Notes under the pieces: generated by a model
Databases searched by the model: none
Told to the model about the DNA's origin: nothing
What the model saw: only the letters and a program-made list of their open reading frames with translations
Source of the DNA: a virus
Taxonomy: Duplodnaviria > Caudoviricetes
Reading direction: 5' to 3' (one strand)
DNA length: 27,532 bases
Virus record (IMG/VR): IMGVR_UViG_3300006097_000029
Coordinates: 1-27,532 of that record
Translations under genes and position numbers: made by a program
Part shown: positions 6,678-15,847 of the stretch, one piece after another
How the letters are laid out: the number at the start of each line of letters is the position of its first letter
How positions within the stretch are numbered: the stretch's first letter is position 1

Positions 6678-7609
6678 TGGATTATAACGTTTATAAAGAT
6701 ACAAGAGAGATGTCGCACGAAGAGTGGTTAGAATCAAGAAAAGCAGGAATAGGTGGATCTGATGCTCCTGCTATTGTAGGTCTTAATCCTTGGAGTAGTA
6801 GATTCCAAGTATATGCTACTAAATTAGGTCTTATTGGTCCAACAGAAGACAATGAGGCTATGAGACAGGGTAGAGACTTTGAGGATTATGTAGCAGAACG
6901 ATTTTCAGAAGCTACTGGTATCAAAGTTAGAAGAAGAAATGCAATACTGCAGCATCCTAAATATGAATGGATGTTAGCCAATGTTGATAGATTGGTAGTA
7001 GGAGAGAATGCTGGGTTAGAGTGTAAAACTACTAGTGTTTTTAATAAAACAGACTTTGATAATGGTAATATTCCACCTTATTACTATGTTCAATGTCAGC
7101 ACTATATGGCTGTAACTGGAGCAGATCATTGGTATGTAGCAGTATTAGTCCTTAATAAAAGCTTCCACTGGTTCAAAGTGGAGCGAAATGAAGAGGATAT
7201 AAAAGCATTGATTGAGCAAGAGAAAATGTTTTGGAATGAAAACATATTAAAGCAAGTAACACCAGAACCTAATGAAAATGACTCTGATCTAATTAAAGAA
7301 CTATATCCAACAGCAGATGAAGAGAGTGAAGTTCCAATTCATCATATTGAGAACAGAGTAGAGCAATTAATGGATATCAAAGCTTCAATCAAAAACCTTG
7401 AAGAAGTAAAGAAAAAACTTGAAAACATAGTAAAGCTAGAACTAAAGGATGCTGTAGGAGGATTTGGAGATAGATACATAATATCTTATCCAACTATAGA
7501 GTCTAATCGTTTTAACTCAAGAGGATTCAAAAAAGACCATCCAGACTTATATGACAAGTATGCAAATGTATCTACTTATCGCAGATTAACAATTAAGGAG
7601 GCAAACTAA
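6674..7609 (+). CDS. YqaJ-like viral recombinase exonuclease
   Basis: WLESRKAGIGGSDA..ANVDR..GLECKT..YYVQCQHYMAVTG. Confidence 0.95.
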   Translation: MMDYNVYKDTREMSHEEWLESRKAGIGGSDAPAIVGLNPWSSRFQVYATKLGLIGPTEDNEAMRQGRDFEDYVAERFSEATGIKVRRRNAILQHPKYEWMLANVDRLVVGENAGLECKTTSVFNKTDFDNGNIPPYYYVQCQHYMAVTGADHWYVAVLVLNKSFHWFKVERNEEDIKALIEQEKMFWNENILKQVTPEPNENDSDLIKELYPTADEESEVPIHHIENRVEQLMDIKASIKNLEEVKKKLENIVKLELKDAVGGFGDRYIISYPTIESNRFNSRGFKKDHPDLYDKYANVSTYRRLTIKEAN

Positions 7610-8427
7610 TGACTAAAGATGTAAACCAGCAGGGAATTATTAAAAGAGCAGCATCAGAAAGTAGTAATCCAAAACCTCAATCACTTAAAGATTGGGTCCA
7701 AAAAATGACACCACAAATAGCTAAAGCTTTACCACAAGTAATTACACCTGAAAGATTCACTAGGATTGCTCTTACAGCACTTTCTAGTAATCCTAAGCTA
7801 GCTGAATGTGATAGAAATAGCTTTTTAGGAGGATTAATGCAGGCTGCTCAATTAGGTTTAGAACCTAACACACCACTTGGCCAAGCCTATTTAATACCTT
7901 TTAGAAACAAGAAAAGAGGTATTGTAGAATGTCAATTTCAAGTAGGCTACAAAGGATTAATAGATTTAGCTTATAGATCAGGAGATGTCAAAACTATTCA
8001 AGCTTACTGTGTTTATGAGAATGACCTTTTTGAATATGAGCTAGGGCTTGAGCCTAAACTTATTCACAAGCCCGCTAAAAGTAATAGAGGCAACTTAGAG
8101 TATGTTTATGCAATATTTAAGCTTAAGAATGAAGGCTATGGTTTTGAAGTTATGTCAGTTGAAGATGTTATCAATCATGCTAAAAAGTATAGTCAGGCTT
8201 ATAGTTCAAGCTACAGTCCTTGGAAATCAAACTTTGAAGAGATGGCCAAAAAAACTGTTCTAAAAAAAGCACTTAAATATGCTCCAATAAAGACCGAGTT
8301 CATTAAAGCGACTATAGTAGATGAATCAGTTTCTTCAGTGAAAGATGATGATTATGAAGATATAGAGGTTGAATACAGAAGCATTGAAGATATAGATGAA
8401 TTACCAGAGGTAGCTAATAATGCTTAA
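7609..8427 (+). CDS. recT: RecT-family single-strand annealing protein
   Basis: ITPERFTRIALT..AAQLGLEPNTPLGQAYLIPF..QFQVGYKGLIDLAYRSG..EEMAKKTVLK. Confidence 0.95.
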   Translation: MTKDVNQQGIIKRAASESSNPKPQSLKDWVQKMTPQIAKALPQVITPERFTRIALTALSSNPKLAECDRNSFLGGLMQAAQLGLEPNTPLGQAYLIPFRNKKRGIVECQFQVGYKGLIDLAYRSGDVKTIQAYCVYENDLFEYELGLEPKLIHKPAKSNRGNLEYVYAIFKLKNEGYGFEVMSVEDVINHAKKYSQAYSSSYSPWKSNFEEMAKKTVLKKALKYAPIKTEFIKATIVDESVSSVKDDDYEDIEVEYRSIEDIDELPEVANNA

Positions 8428-8839
8428 CATAGTAGTTTTAATAGGCAATATGACAAGAGATCCTGAGTTGAGATATTCAACTCAGGGTGTTCCTGTCACT
8501 AACTTTACTTTAGCTGTTAATAATGGATATGGAGAAGATCAACAAGCAAATTTCTTTAGAACAGTTTGTTTCAAGAAACTAGCTGAAGCTGTAGCTCGGT
8601 ATACGAACAAAGGTTCGCTTGTGGCTGTTTTAGGTAGGCTTCAAAGTAGAAACTATGAAAAGGATGGGCAAAGACATACGATAGTAGAGGTCGTGGCTCA
8701 GAACGTCAAATTTTTAGATAATAAGAAAGATTCGAGTAATAGTAATAGCTCTAATGGTAACAAGAGCAACAACAATAATTATGCCCAGTATCAAGACCAA
8801 CAAAGCAATTATGATGATCAAGGAGATCTACCATTTTAG
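8420..8839 (+). CDS. ssb: Single-stranded DNA-binding protein
   Basis: MLNIVVLIGNMTRDPELRY OB fold and acidic tail DDQGDLPF. Confidence 0.95.
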   Translation: MLNIVVLIGNMTRDPELRYSTQGVPVTNFTLAVNNGYGEDQQANFFRTVCFKKLAEAVARYTNKGSLVAVLGRLQSRNYEKDGQRHTIVEVVAQNVKFLDNKKDSSNSNSSNGNKSNNNNYAQYQDQQSNYDDQGDLPF

Positions 8840-8863
8840 ATCATTACAGTAGGAGGTGAGAGC

Positions 8864-9850
8864 ATGGCAAGACCTTTAAAACAAGGACTAGACTATTTTC
8901 CACTAGATGTAACTTTAGATGATAGTGTAGCTCTTATTGAAGCCACACATGGATTAATAGGATTTGGAGTTTTAATTAAGATGTACCAGAAGATTTATAG
9001 TGAAGGATACTATTATGACTGGACTGAAAAAGAACAATTACTGTTTTCCAGGAGAATTCATCTACCAGTTAATGACGTCAAAAACGTAATTAATGACTGC
9101 ATTAAGTGGGGTTTATTCAACCAGAAACTTTTTGAGAAATATCAAATATTAACATCTAAAGGGATACAAGAACGTTATCTATCAGCCACAAATAAGAGAA
9201 AATCTGTTGAAATGAGAGTCGAATATATACTTATTAACATAAATGACTACAATAATTTAACTGTCAAAGGGTTAATGTCGGATGAAATGGAATTAATGGA
9301 GGAAGAAACTACACAAAGTAAAGTAAAGGAAAGTAAAGTAAAGAAAAGTAAAGAATATTATCATCATCAAAAAGATGATGATTCTGATTCTCCTGCTGAT
9401 GCCTCACCTTCTTCAGATAATTCAGAAGCAATTATTACTAACCAAGGGGAAAGTGTATCCATTTTTAGCTTTGTTGAAGATCAATTTGCTAGGCCACTTA
9501 AGAAAGCAGAGTGTGCTTTGCTTGAATTCTTTCTGCAAGAATACCCAAAAGAGCTTATTCAAGAGGCAGTATCAAGAGCAGTGCTTAATCAAGCTACAAA
9601 CATCAAGTATGTTCAAAGCATATTAGTTTCATGGTCCAACAAAGGCATCAAGACACTATCTGAAGTTCATGAAGAAGATAAAAGATTCCAAAAAGCTAAG
9701 AAGTCAAAACTAAAAAAGTTTAACCCTAAAGGCAAAGATGCAAAGCTTTGTGCCTCTAAGACTTCTAGGGCCAGTCCTGATTCTGATAAAATACCAGACT
9801 ATTACAAAATCTATGCACAAAGAGATAAACAGAGAAATACAGGAGGCTAG
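8864..9850 (+). CDS. Phage replication initiator (DUF4373/Lin1244-like N-terminus + DnaD-like C-terminus)
   Basis: MARPLKQGLDYFPLDV..LTSKGIQERY, QSKVKESK linker, KYVQSILVSW..KGIKT. Confidence 0.88.
   Translation: MARPLKQGLDYFPLDVTLDDSVALIEATHGLIGFGVLIKMYQKIYSEGYYYDWTEKEQLLFSRRIHLPVNDVKNVINDCIKWGLFNQKLFEKYQILTSKGIQERYLSATNKRKSVEMRVEYILININDYNNLTVKGLMSDEMELMEEETTQSKVKESKVKKSKEYYHHQKDDDSDSPADASPSSDNSEAIITNQGESVSIFSFVEDQFARPLKKAECALLEFFLQEYPKELIQEAVSRAVLNQATNIKYVQSILVSWSNKGIKTLSEVHEEDKRFQKAKKSKLKKFNPKGKDAKLCASKTSRASPDSDKIPDYYKIYAQRDKQRNTGG
9315..9353 (+). repeat. AAAGT-type short repeats in the initiator linker (candidate origin iterons)
   Basis: AAAGTAAAGTAAAGGAAAGTAAAGTAAAGAAAAGTAAAG. Confidence 0.5.
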
Positions 9851-9852
9851 AG

Positions 9853-10284
9853 ATGAGTTTACGTATCACTGAGTCAGAATATGAGAAATTGTTGAAAAGG
9901 CATGATAAGCAGTTAACAAAAATAGATAAGCTAGTTAGTGATTTTAGAGCTAAAGAAAAAACATCTAGATCTAAGTTTGGCAATGTATTAACTAGCTACA
10001 ATGGCAAGACTTTTGATAGCAAGCGAGAGGCAGAGAGATATCAAGAGTTAGAGCTCTTAGAGAAAGCAGGAGAGATAACAGCTCTTATGACTCAAGTGCC
10101 TTTCTTGATAGAGCCTGCTAATAGAAAAAATAGGGCTGTTAAATACAGAGCAGACTTTGTTTATTTAGATTGCAAAACTAACAAGTGGGTAGTAGAAGAT
10201 GCTAAGGGATTTAAGACCAGTGTTTACAAACTAAAAAAGAAAGCCATGTTTAATCGCTATGGGATAGAAATTCAGGAGGTTTAG
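9853..10284 (+). CDS. DUF1064-family PD-(D/E)xK nuclease
   Basis: SKFGN..FDSKREAERY..KYRADFVY..VVEDAKGFKT..YKLKKK. Confidence 0.88.
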   Translation: MSLRITESEYEKLLKRHDKQLTKIDKLVSDFRAKEKTSRSKFGNVLTSYNGKTFDSKREAERYQELELLEKAGEITALMTQVPFLIEPANRKNRAVKYRADFVYLDCKTNKWVVEDAKGFKTSVYKLKKKAMFNRYGIEIQEV

Positions 10285-10288
10285 GGAA

Positions 10289-10768
10289 ATGAGAAAAATT
10301 GAATTCAGAGGTAAGTTATTTGATGAAGATATAATGTTTATGAAAGAGATGCTAAAAAACAGAAGGTGTCTTTTAAAGCATAGGCCACTGTACGAAGATG
10401 CTGTTAAAACTGGATGGATAAAAGGATATTTGACTGTATGGCTAAATGAAAATGATCCTTACATTATTGGGAATATCAATGAAGCATGTGAGGAATATGC
10501 AGATTTAGAAAGCTGGTGGCCAGTAAAAGCGGATACAGTCGGACAATATACAGGCAGAAAAGATATTAAGAATAAGAGAGTTTATGAGGACGACATTGTC
10601 AAAGGTGATGGTATCGAGGGTATTGTTTATTACGATGAAGCAGAAACAGGTTTTATGATAAAACCACGAGAGGGAGCTGATTATCAAGTGCTGGGATTGG
10701 TTGTAAATCTAGAAGTAATAGGCAATATTTATGATACGCCAGAACTATTTATTGAGCTGCCTTATTGA
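10289..10768 (+). CDS. YopX-family protein
   Basis: MRKIEFRGK..TVGQYTGRKDIKNKRVYEDDIV..LEVIGNIYDTPEL. Confidence 0.9.
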   Translation: MRKIEFRGKLFDEDIMFMKEMLKNRRCLLKHRPLYEDAVKTGWIKGYLTVWLNENDPYIIGNINEACEEYADLESWWPVKADTVGQYTGRKDIKNKRVYEDDIVKGDGIEGIVYYDEAETGFMIKPREGADYQVLGLVVNLEVIGNIYDTPELFIELPY

Positions 10769-10810
10769 TAATAGAAACTTAGCAAAAAATAGTTAAAAGG
10801 TGAAAAAGAT

Positions 10811-11032
10811 ATGAAAGAATTAAAAAATGATGCAAATATTAAAGAGATAGAAAATTTCTTATTGTTTCATATGGATAGGGCAGATGACACACAGTCCAAA
10901 GGAAATCCTGCTTTAACAAAAGAGGATGTTTGGAATATTCATATGAGTACAGTTCTGGGTGGAAATATATCTAGAACAAAAAACATTATAATAAAAAATA
11001 TCACTAAAGAATTTGGCAAAACATATGAATAA
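10811..11032 (+). CDS. Hypothetical protein
   Basis: 73-aa ORF with AAGGTGA RBS. Confidence 0.6.
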   Translation: MKELKNDANIKEIENFLLFHMDRADDTQSKGNPALTKEDVWNIHMSTVLGGNISRTKNIIIKNITKEFGKTYE

Positions 11033-11046
11033 AAAGAGGTAAAACA

Positions 11047-11220
11047 ATGAAATATCAGTTTGAACATAAGAGAATTAATAGCTGTGGTGATTGCCCTTTA
11101 CCCTATGAACAATTGTATGTAAGTTGTCCTTTTACACAACAAAGAGTGGAAGATTACGAACTTTTTAAACCAGACTGGTGTCCACTTGAACAGATAGTTG
11201 AAGAAACAGGAAGGCATTAA
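11047..11220 (+). CDS. Small Cys4 protein (57 aa, not in the ORF track)
   Basis: MKYQFEHKRINSCGDCPL..SCPF..KPDWCPL.. with GAGGT RBS. Confidence 0.7.
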   Translation: MKYQFEHKRINSCGDCPLPYEQLYVSCPFTQQRVEDYELFKPDWCPLEQIVEETGRH

Positions 11221-11320
11221 ACACACTTGAAATAATCAAAAATCTTCGTAGAAATACTTGATAAAATTTTATAAAGTAGAGCACCAGAAATACTAAAATA
11301 ATTCTAGTAAGGAGCAATTA

Positions 11321-11656
11321 ATGACTAATCAAGAGAAGATAGTTCAAAGAGTAGTAAGTGAAAGACAAAGACAGAATCAAAAGTGGGGATTTCCTCAAAG
11401 GCTAAGCCTGGTTGAATGGCAGTCAATTCTTAGCGAAGAAGTGGGAGAGGTCGCTAAGGAGATTAATGATATATCATTCAGTAAAGTTGATAGAGTAGAA
11501 GAACTAAAAGAAGAGCTTATACAGGTTGCAGCTGTGGCCATATCAATGGTTGAGCATATTGAAAGAAATGAGAGATTAGCTGATTTTATAACTGAGTTTA
11601 TAACAAATAGTTTTGGTTGTAAGAACATAAACATAACAATGGGAGATTTATTTTAA
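11321..11656 (+). CDS. MazG-like NTP pyrophosphohydrolase
   Basis: ERQRQNQKWG..ILSEEVGEVAKE..EELIQVAAVA. Confidence 0.85.
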   Translation: MTNQEKIVQRVVSERQRQNQKWGFPQRLSLVEWQSILSEEVGEVAKEINDISFSKVDRVEELKEELIQVAAVAISMVEHIERNERLADFITEFITNSFGCKNINITMGDLF

Positions 11657-11677
11657 TAACAAGTTTGGAGGGAAAGT

Positions 11678-12103
11678 ATGGATAAGTGGGATAACTTTGA
11701 CGAGATGAAAGCAACAAAGAGGATGCTTTATGAACATAATCAGAATAAACAAGCTATTCTTTCTCTCCAAGACATGCTTAAAAATCTTGATGGTCTGAAG
11801 GGAATGCAGTTCAATGGAGCACCTTCAAGAGGGAAGATAGGGGATCCAACATCAGTAGTTGCTTTTAAGAGCGCTGAGCTAGAGCAGAGGCTAAAGAATA
11901 CTGAGAGGTTAGTTAATATTGTTGAGAGAGCTTTAGATCAACTAGAGGGCATAGAAAAAGAGATAGTCATAAGAAGATATGTCAATGGCCAGCCTTGGAG
12001 AAGGATTGCTGATGAGTGCTATTATTCGAGGCAAGGAGCCTATTTAGCTGGCCAGAGGGGGTTGGGGATAGTTTGTAATATTTTGTTTGGGAAAATAGAA
12101 TAA
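11678..12103 (+). CDS. ArpU/RinA-like late transcription activator
   Basis: IGDPT..IVERALDQL..EIVIRRY..WRRIADECYYS, located before the packaging genes. Confidence 0.85.
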   Translation: MDKWDNFDEMKATKRMLYEHNQNKQAILSLQDMLKNLDGLKGMQFNGAPSRGKIGDPTSVVAFKSAELEQRLKNTERLVNIVERALDQLEGIEKEIVIRRYVNGQPWRRIADECYYSRQGAYLAGQRGLGIVCNILFGKIE

Positions 12104-12109
12104 ATAAAG

Positions 12110-12134
12110 AGGAATTAGTAAAATAATGTAGAAT
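12110..12134 (+). promoter_or_regulatory. Sigma-H-like promoter of moron 1
   Basis: AGGAATT-N11-GTAGAAT. Confidence 0.55.
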
Positions 12135-12168
12135 ATCCATATATAAATCTTATGGAAAGGTGATTGTT

Positions 12169-12972
12169 TTGAAAAGAGAACTACGTGGTGCAGCAATAGC
12201 AGTTCTTATTATGCTCATGATTACAGCGGGGTTTGCAGCAGGTGTTAGTAAAACTATCAGTGTTCAATTAAATAGTGTAAACTTAGCAGTTAATGGTCAA
12301 AGGGTAGATGCAGATACAATATTATATGATGGAGTTACATACGTTCCTTTAAGAGCAGCAGCTGAAATTCTTGATAAAGAAGTTGGTTGGAATGGAACTA
12401 CAAGAACAGCAAGTATTAATGATAAAGCTGGTGGCAACCAACAAACTGAGAATAATAGTGATGAAAAAAGTCAAGAAACACCTGTTGGGACAATTCAAAA
12501 TCCAATTTCAGTTAACAGTGATTTAGTTTTTAAGTTGCAAAGATATTCTTTTTATAATGAAAAAGAATTTAAAATAGACTTAGAAAAAGTTACTACAGGA
12601 TCAAGAGCTTGGAGCATATTGTATGACGAAAATATGTTTAACACAGAACCAAGACAAGATCAAGAATGGCGTATTTATGAATTTAATTTAGAATATGTTA
12701 GTGGACCATCAGATGAGAGCTTAGAAGCAAGTGATATACTTTATGATGAATATATGTATACCGAAAAAGGTAGTAAAATGGCCGTTTACGATACAGCTAC
12801 TTTTGGAGACACATTTGGTCCATACGGTTATAACAATGTAGAATTATATCCAGGTGCATCTAGCAAAGTTGTAATTGCAATGTTAGTTGAAAAGACTACT
12901 AGTGAGCCATTATTAAAGCTTAATTACAATGGTGGAGATAGTGTCACTTGGATTAAACTAACTATTGAATAG
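12169..12972 (+). CDS. Secreted protein with copper-amine-oxidase-like N-terminal (stalk) domain; moron
   Basis: Signal peptide (KRELR + hydrophobic + AFAA-like site) and VNG..ILYDGVTYVPLRAAAEILDKEVGWNGTTRT. Likely TTG start at 12169. Confidence 0.8.
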   Translation: MKRELRGAAIAVLIMLMITAGFAAGVSKTISVQLNSVNLAVNGQRVDADTILYDGVTYVPLRAAAEILDKEVGWNGTTRTASINDKAGGNQQTENNSDEKSQETPVGTIQNPISVNSDLVFKLQRYSFYNEKEFKIDLEKVTTGSRAWSILYDENMFNTEPRQDQEWRIYEFNLEYVSGPSDESLEASDILYDEYMYTEKGSKMAVYDTATFGDTFGPYGYNNVELYPGASSKVVIAMLVEKTTSEPLLKLNYNGGDSVTWIKLTIE

Positions 12973-13036
12973 CAACATTATAAATGGTTGGTAATAAGAA
13001 ACAATATTATTGAAATAAAAACTAGAAGTCACCTGA

Positions 13037-13061
13037 AGGATTTTTCTTCTAATTGTAGAAA
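13037..13061 (+). promoter_or_regulatory. Sigma-H-like promoter of moron 2
   Basis: AGGATTT-N11-GTAGAAA, same spacing as at 12110. Confidence 0.5.
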
Positions 13062-13080
13062 TAATCCTTGAGGTGATTTT

Positions 13081-14013
13081 TTGTCAAAATATATATTAGG
13101 CTCTCTATTCTTGGTTTCAATTGGTATGTTAATAGGTATTTTTTTTGAGAAGAGAGAGAATCGAACAGCAAAAACTTTTTCTATTTTAGTAGCTATTATA
13201 TTTGCGTTAGCTGTAGCTCCTTTTTTGACTAATTTAATAGTTTATGGACACATTTTAGGATACTCAAAAGAACTACCAAAAAATCCAATTTTCACTGGGA
13301 ATCTCGATGTATGGATAGGTTTTTATGGTAGTTTTTTTGGAGCAATAATTGGGGGAGCAGCTACTTTAGCAGCAATGATTTACAATACAAATAAGTTAAC
13401 AAAGAAGAGTGAAGAGCAACTAAATTTTATAAAAGAAAATGCAAATACAAATGCAGAAATGCAAAAAAAACAAATTAGGCTAGTAAAAGAAAACACTGAT
13501 GAAATAACTAAAAGATATGACAAGCAATTAGAGTTAGCAAATAAACCATATTTAATGCTCTTATTTAATAATAATACTACAGACATGAAAACCAAGAAAT
13601 ATAAGCTAAAAAAATTAGATGATGAAAAAAATAGATATTTAATAGATTTAGACTTGCATATTATTTTTGAGAATATCACAGATAGACCAATAATTGACAT
13701 AGAAATCTACCACTTTGTTGACGGTGATACTAAGTTATATAAATTTTACTTGAAGCCTCTTGGTACTAGAAAAGAATTGATCCCTTTTAAAGTTATTATG
13801 ACTCAGCTTTTTAATAATAGAAATCATTATTTAGGGACTGAAAAGCTCAAAGTAACATACAAATCTATAAATGGAGATATTTATAAGTCTTCCTTTCAAC
13901 TACAATTTCATACAATGATAAAGAATTATAGTGAGAGTTTGGATGAAAAAGGCAATAAAATTATTAAACGTACTGTTGAGACATTAGATATTATTATTAT
14001 GATAGATGAATAA
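13081..14013 (+). CDS. Three-TM membrane protein with soluble C-terminus; moron
   Basis: Hydrophobic segments including WIGFYGSFFGAIIGGAATL. Very AT-rich. Confidence 0.75.
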   Translation: MSKYILGSLFLVSIGMLIGIFFEKRENRTAKTFSILVAIIFALAVAPFLTNLIVYGHILGYSKELPKNPIFTGNLDVWIGFYGSFFGAIIGGAATLAAMIYNTNKLTKKSEEQLNFIKENANTNAEMQKKQIRLVKENTDEITKRYDKQLELANKPYLMLLFNNNTTDMKTKKYKLKKLDDEKNRYLIDLDLHIIFENITDRPIIDIEIYHFVDGDTKLYKFYLKPLGTRKELIPFKVIMTQLFNNRNHYLGTEKLKVTYKSINGDIYKSSFQLQFHTMIKNYSESLDEKGNKIIKRTVETLDIIIMIDE

Positions 14014-14027
14014 AGATAAATAATGAT

Positions 14028-14072
14028 ACTTTACATTCACTTTACATTTCCCCTCAAAATCCATGATAACAT
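14028..14072 (+). promoter_or_regulatory. Late promoter with tandem activator-binding repeat
   Basis: ACTTTACATT x2 (14028-37, 14039-48; 11-bp period), then TGnTAACAT (14064-72), upstream of terS. Confidence 0.6.
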
Positions 14073-14121
14073 AATAGTATGAAACCATAGTAAATCATGG
14101 AGGAGAAGGAGAGGTGGTGTT

Positions 14122-14556
14122 GTGAGTAGAAAACTAACTGTTAAGCAAAAGGCTTTTGTAGACTATTATATAGAGACTGGCAATGCCACAGAAGCTGCCA
14201 GATTAGCAGGATATAGTGAGAATACTGTCTCTGAGATAGGTTATGAGAACCTCAGAAAACCTCATATTAAAATAAAGATAGATGAACGACTAGAGGAACT
14301 AGAATCTGAAAGAATTGCAGATGCTAAAGAGGTTATGCAGTACCTTACCAGTGTTTTAAGAGGTGAGGTTACTGAAGAGACTGTAGTAGTTGAAAATGTA
14401 GGAGACTACATGAGTGAAGCTAAGAAGGTTGAAAAGAAAGCTAGTATTAGAGACAGAAATAAAGCAGCAGAAATGTTAGCTAAACGATATGGTATATTGA
14501 CTGAAAACATCCAGATAAATGATATCCCAGTAATAGTTGATGATATAAGTGAATAA
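14122..14556 (+). CDS. terS: Terminase small subunit
   Basis: LTVKQKAFVDYYIETGNATEAARLAGYS..IGYENLRKP..RNKAAEMLAKRYG. Confidence 0.95.
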   Translation: MSRKLTVKQKAFVDYYIETGNATEAARLAGYSENTVSEIGYENLRKPHIKIKIDERLEELESERIADAKEVMQYLTSVLRGEVTEETVVVENVGDYMSEAKKVEKKASIRDRNKAAEMLAKRYGILTENIQINDIPVIVDDISE

Positions 14557-15847
14557 CAATAACAATAAACAAAATAGAGTAACCCTAAGCTCGGTCATTG
14601 CACCGAGTTTTTTTGATGTCTATAAAGCAATAAGGAGTAAGAAATATACTCATTACTGGTTAAAAGGTGGTAGAGGATCTACTAAATCATCCTTCATAAG
14701 TATTGCACTTATTCATGGAATGATGAGAGACCCAGTAGCTAATGCAGTATGTATCAGGAAAGTTAAAGACACTCTGAGAGAGTCAGTCTATGAACAATTA
14801 TCATGGGCCATAGAAATATTGGGAGTAAAAGATTACTGGAAACCTTCATACAGTCCTCTAAAGTTTACATATAAGCCAACTGGCCAACAGGTTATATTTA
14901 GAGGTGGTAAAGAGCCTAAGAGAGTTAGATCTGTTAAGTTGGCCAGAGGATACTTTAAGTTTATATGGTATGAAGAGCTAGATGAGTTTTATGGAATGGA
15001 AGAAGTAAGGACAATAAATCAGACCTTTATGAGAGGAGGTCCTGAATTTGTTGTCTTTTATTCATATAACCCTCCAAAATCTAAAATGAACTGGGTTAAT
15101 AGTGAAACATTAGTAAAAAGGCCAGATAGATTAGTTCATCATAGTGATTACAGAACAGTTCCTAAGGAATGGTTAGGTAAACCTTTCTTAATTGAAGCAG
15201 AACACCTAAAGAAAACTAAACCAGTTAAATATGAACATGAATATTTAGGAGTGGCCACAGGAACAGGTGGAGAAGTCTTTGATAATGTCTCCTTAAGAGA
15301 AATTACTGATAAAGAAATAGAAAGCTTTGACAGAATATTTAATGGAATTGACTGGGGTTATGCTGATGATCCATTCCATTTCACAAGGCTTCATTATGAT
15401 AAAACCAGGAGAAAGATCCTCATATTTGATGAAATACAAGAAAGAAAACTTAGTAATAGAAGAGCTGCAGAGCTAATCAAACCTAAGTTACATGATATAA
15501 GTGAAATAATAACAGCTGATAGTGCAGAGCCTAAGTCTATTGATGAGATTAGGACATACAATCTAAAGAACATACTACCAGCTAAAAAAGGACCAGGAAG
15601 TGTTGAGCATGGAATGAAGTGGCTTGAGGATTTAGAGGAGATAGTTATAGACCCTGAGAGATGTCCTAAGACAGCAAAAGAGTTTACTAACTATGAACTT
15701 GATAGAGATAAAGAAGGTAACTTTATATCAAGGTATCCAGATAAGAACAATCACAGTATTGACTCTGTTAGGTATGCACTTGAAAGTCAGACTGTTGATT
15801 ATAACTCAGATAGAAGAAACTATTCAGGGAAGGGGGCAAGGAGTTGA
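14549..15847 (+). CDS. terL: PBSX-family terminase large subunit
   Basis: LKGGRGSTKSS Walker A, WYEE Walker B, SYNPP, GIDWGY, ADSAEPKSI, NHSIDSVRYA. Confidence 0.96.
   Translation: MNNNNNKQNRVTLSSVIAPSFFDVYKAIRSKKYTHYWLKGGRGSTKSSFISIALIHGMMRDPVANAVCIRKVKDTLRESVYEQLSWAIEILGVKDYWKPSYSPLKFTYKPTGQQVIFRGGKEPKRVRSVKLARGYFKFIWYEELDEFYGMEEVRTINQTFMRGGPEFVVFYSYNPPKSKMNWVNSETLVKRPDRLVHHSDYRTVPKEWLGKPFLIEAEHLKKTKPVKYEHEYLGVATGTGGEVFDNVSLREITDKEIESFDRIFNGIDWGYADDPFHFTRLHYDKTRRKILIFDEIQERKLSNRRAAELIKPKLHDISEIITADSAEPKSIDEIRTYNLKNILPAKKGPGSVEHGMKWLEDLEEIVIDPERCPKTAKEFTNYELDRDKEGNFISRYPDKNNHSIDSVRYALESQTVDYNSDRRNYSGKGARS

Noticed and set aside
14552-14570. AAC/AAT run (NNNNN) at the terL start as a phase-variable or DGR target
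   Set aside because: Short, imperfect and in frame; no reverse transcriptase or template/variable repeat pair is seen in the window.
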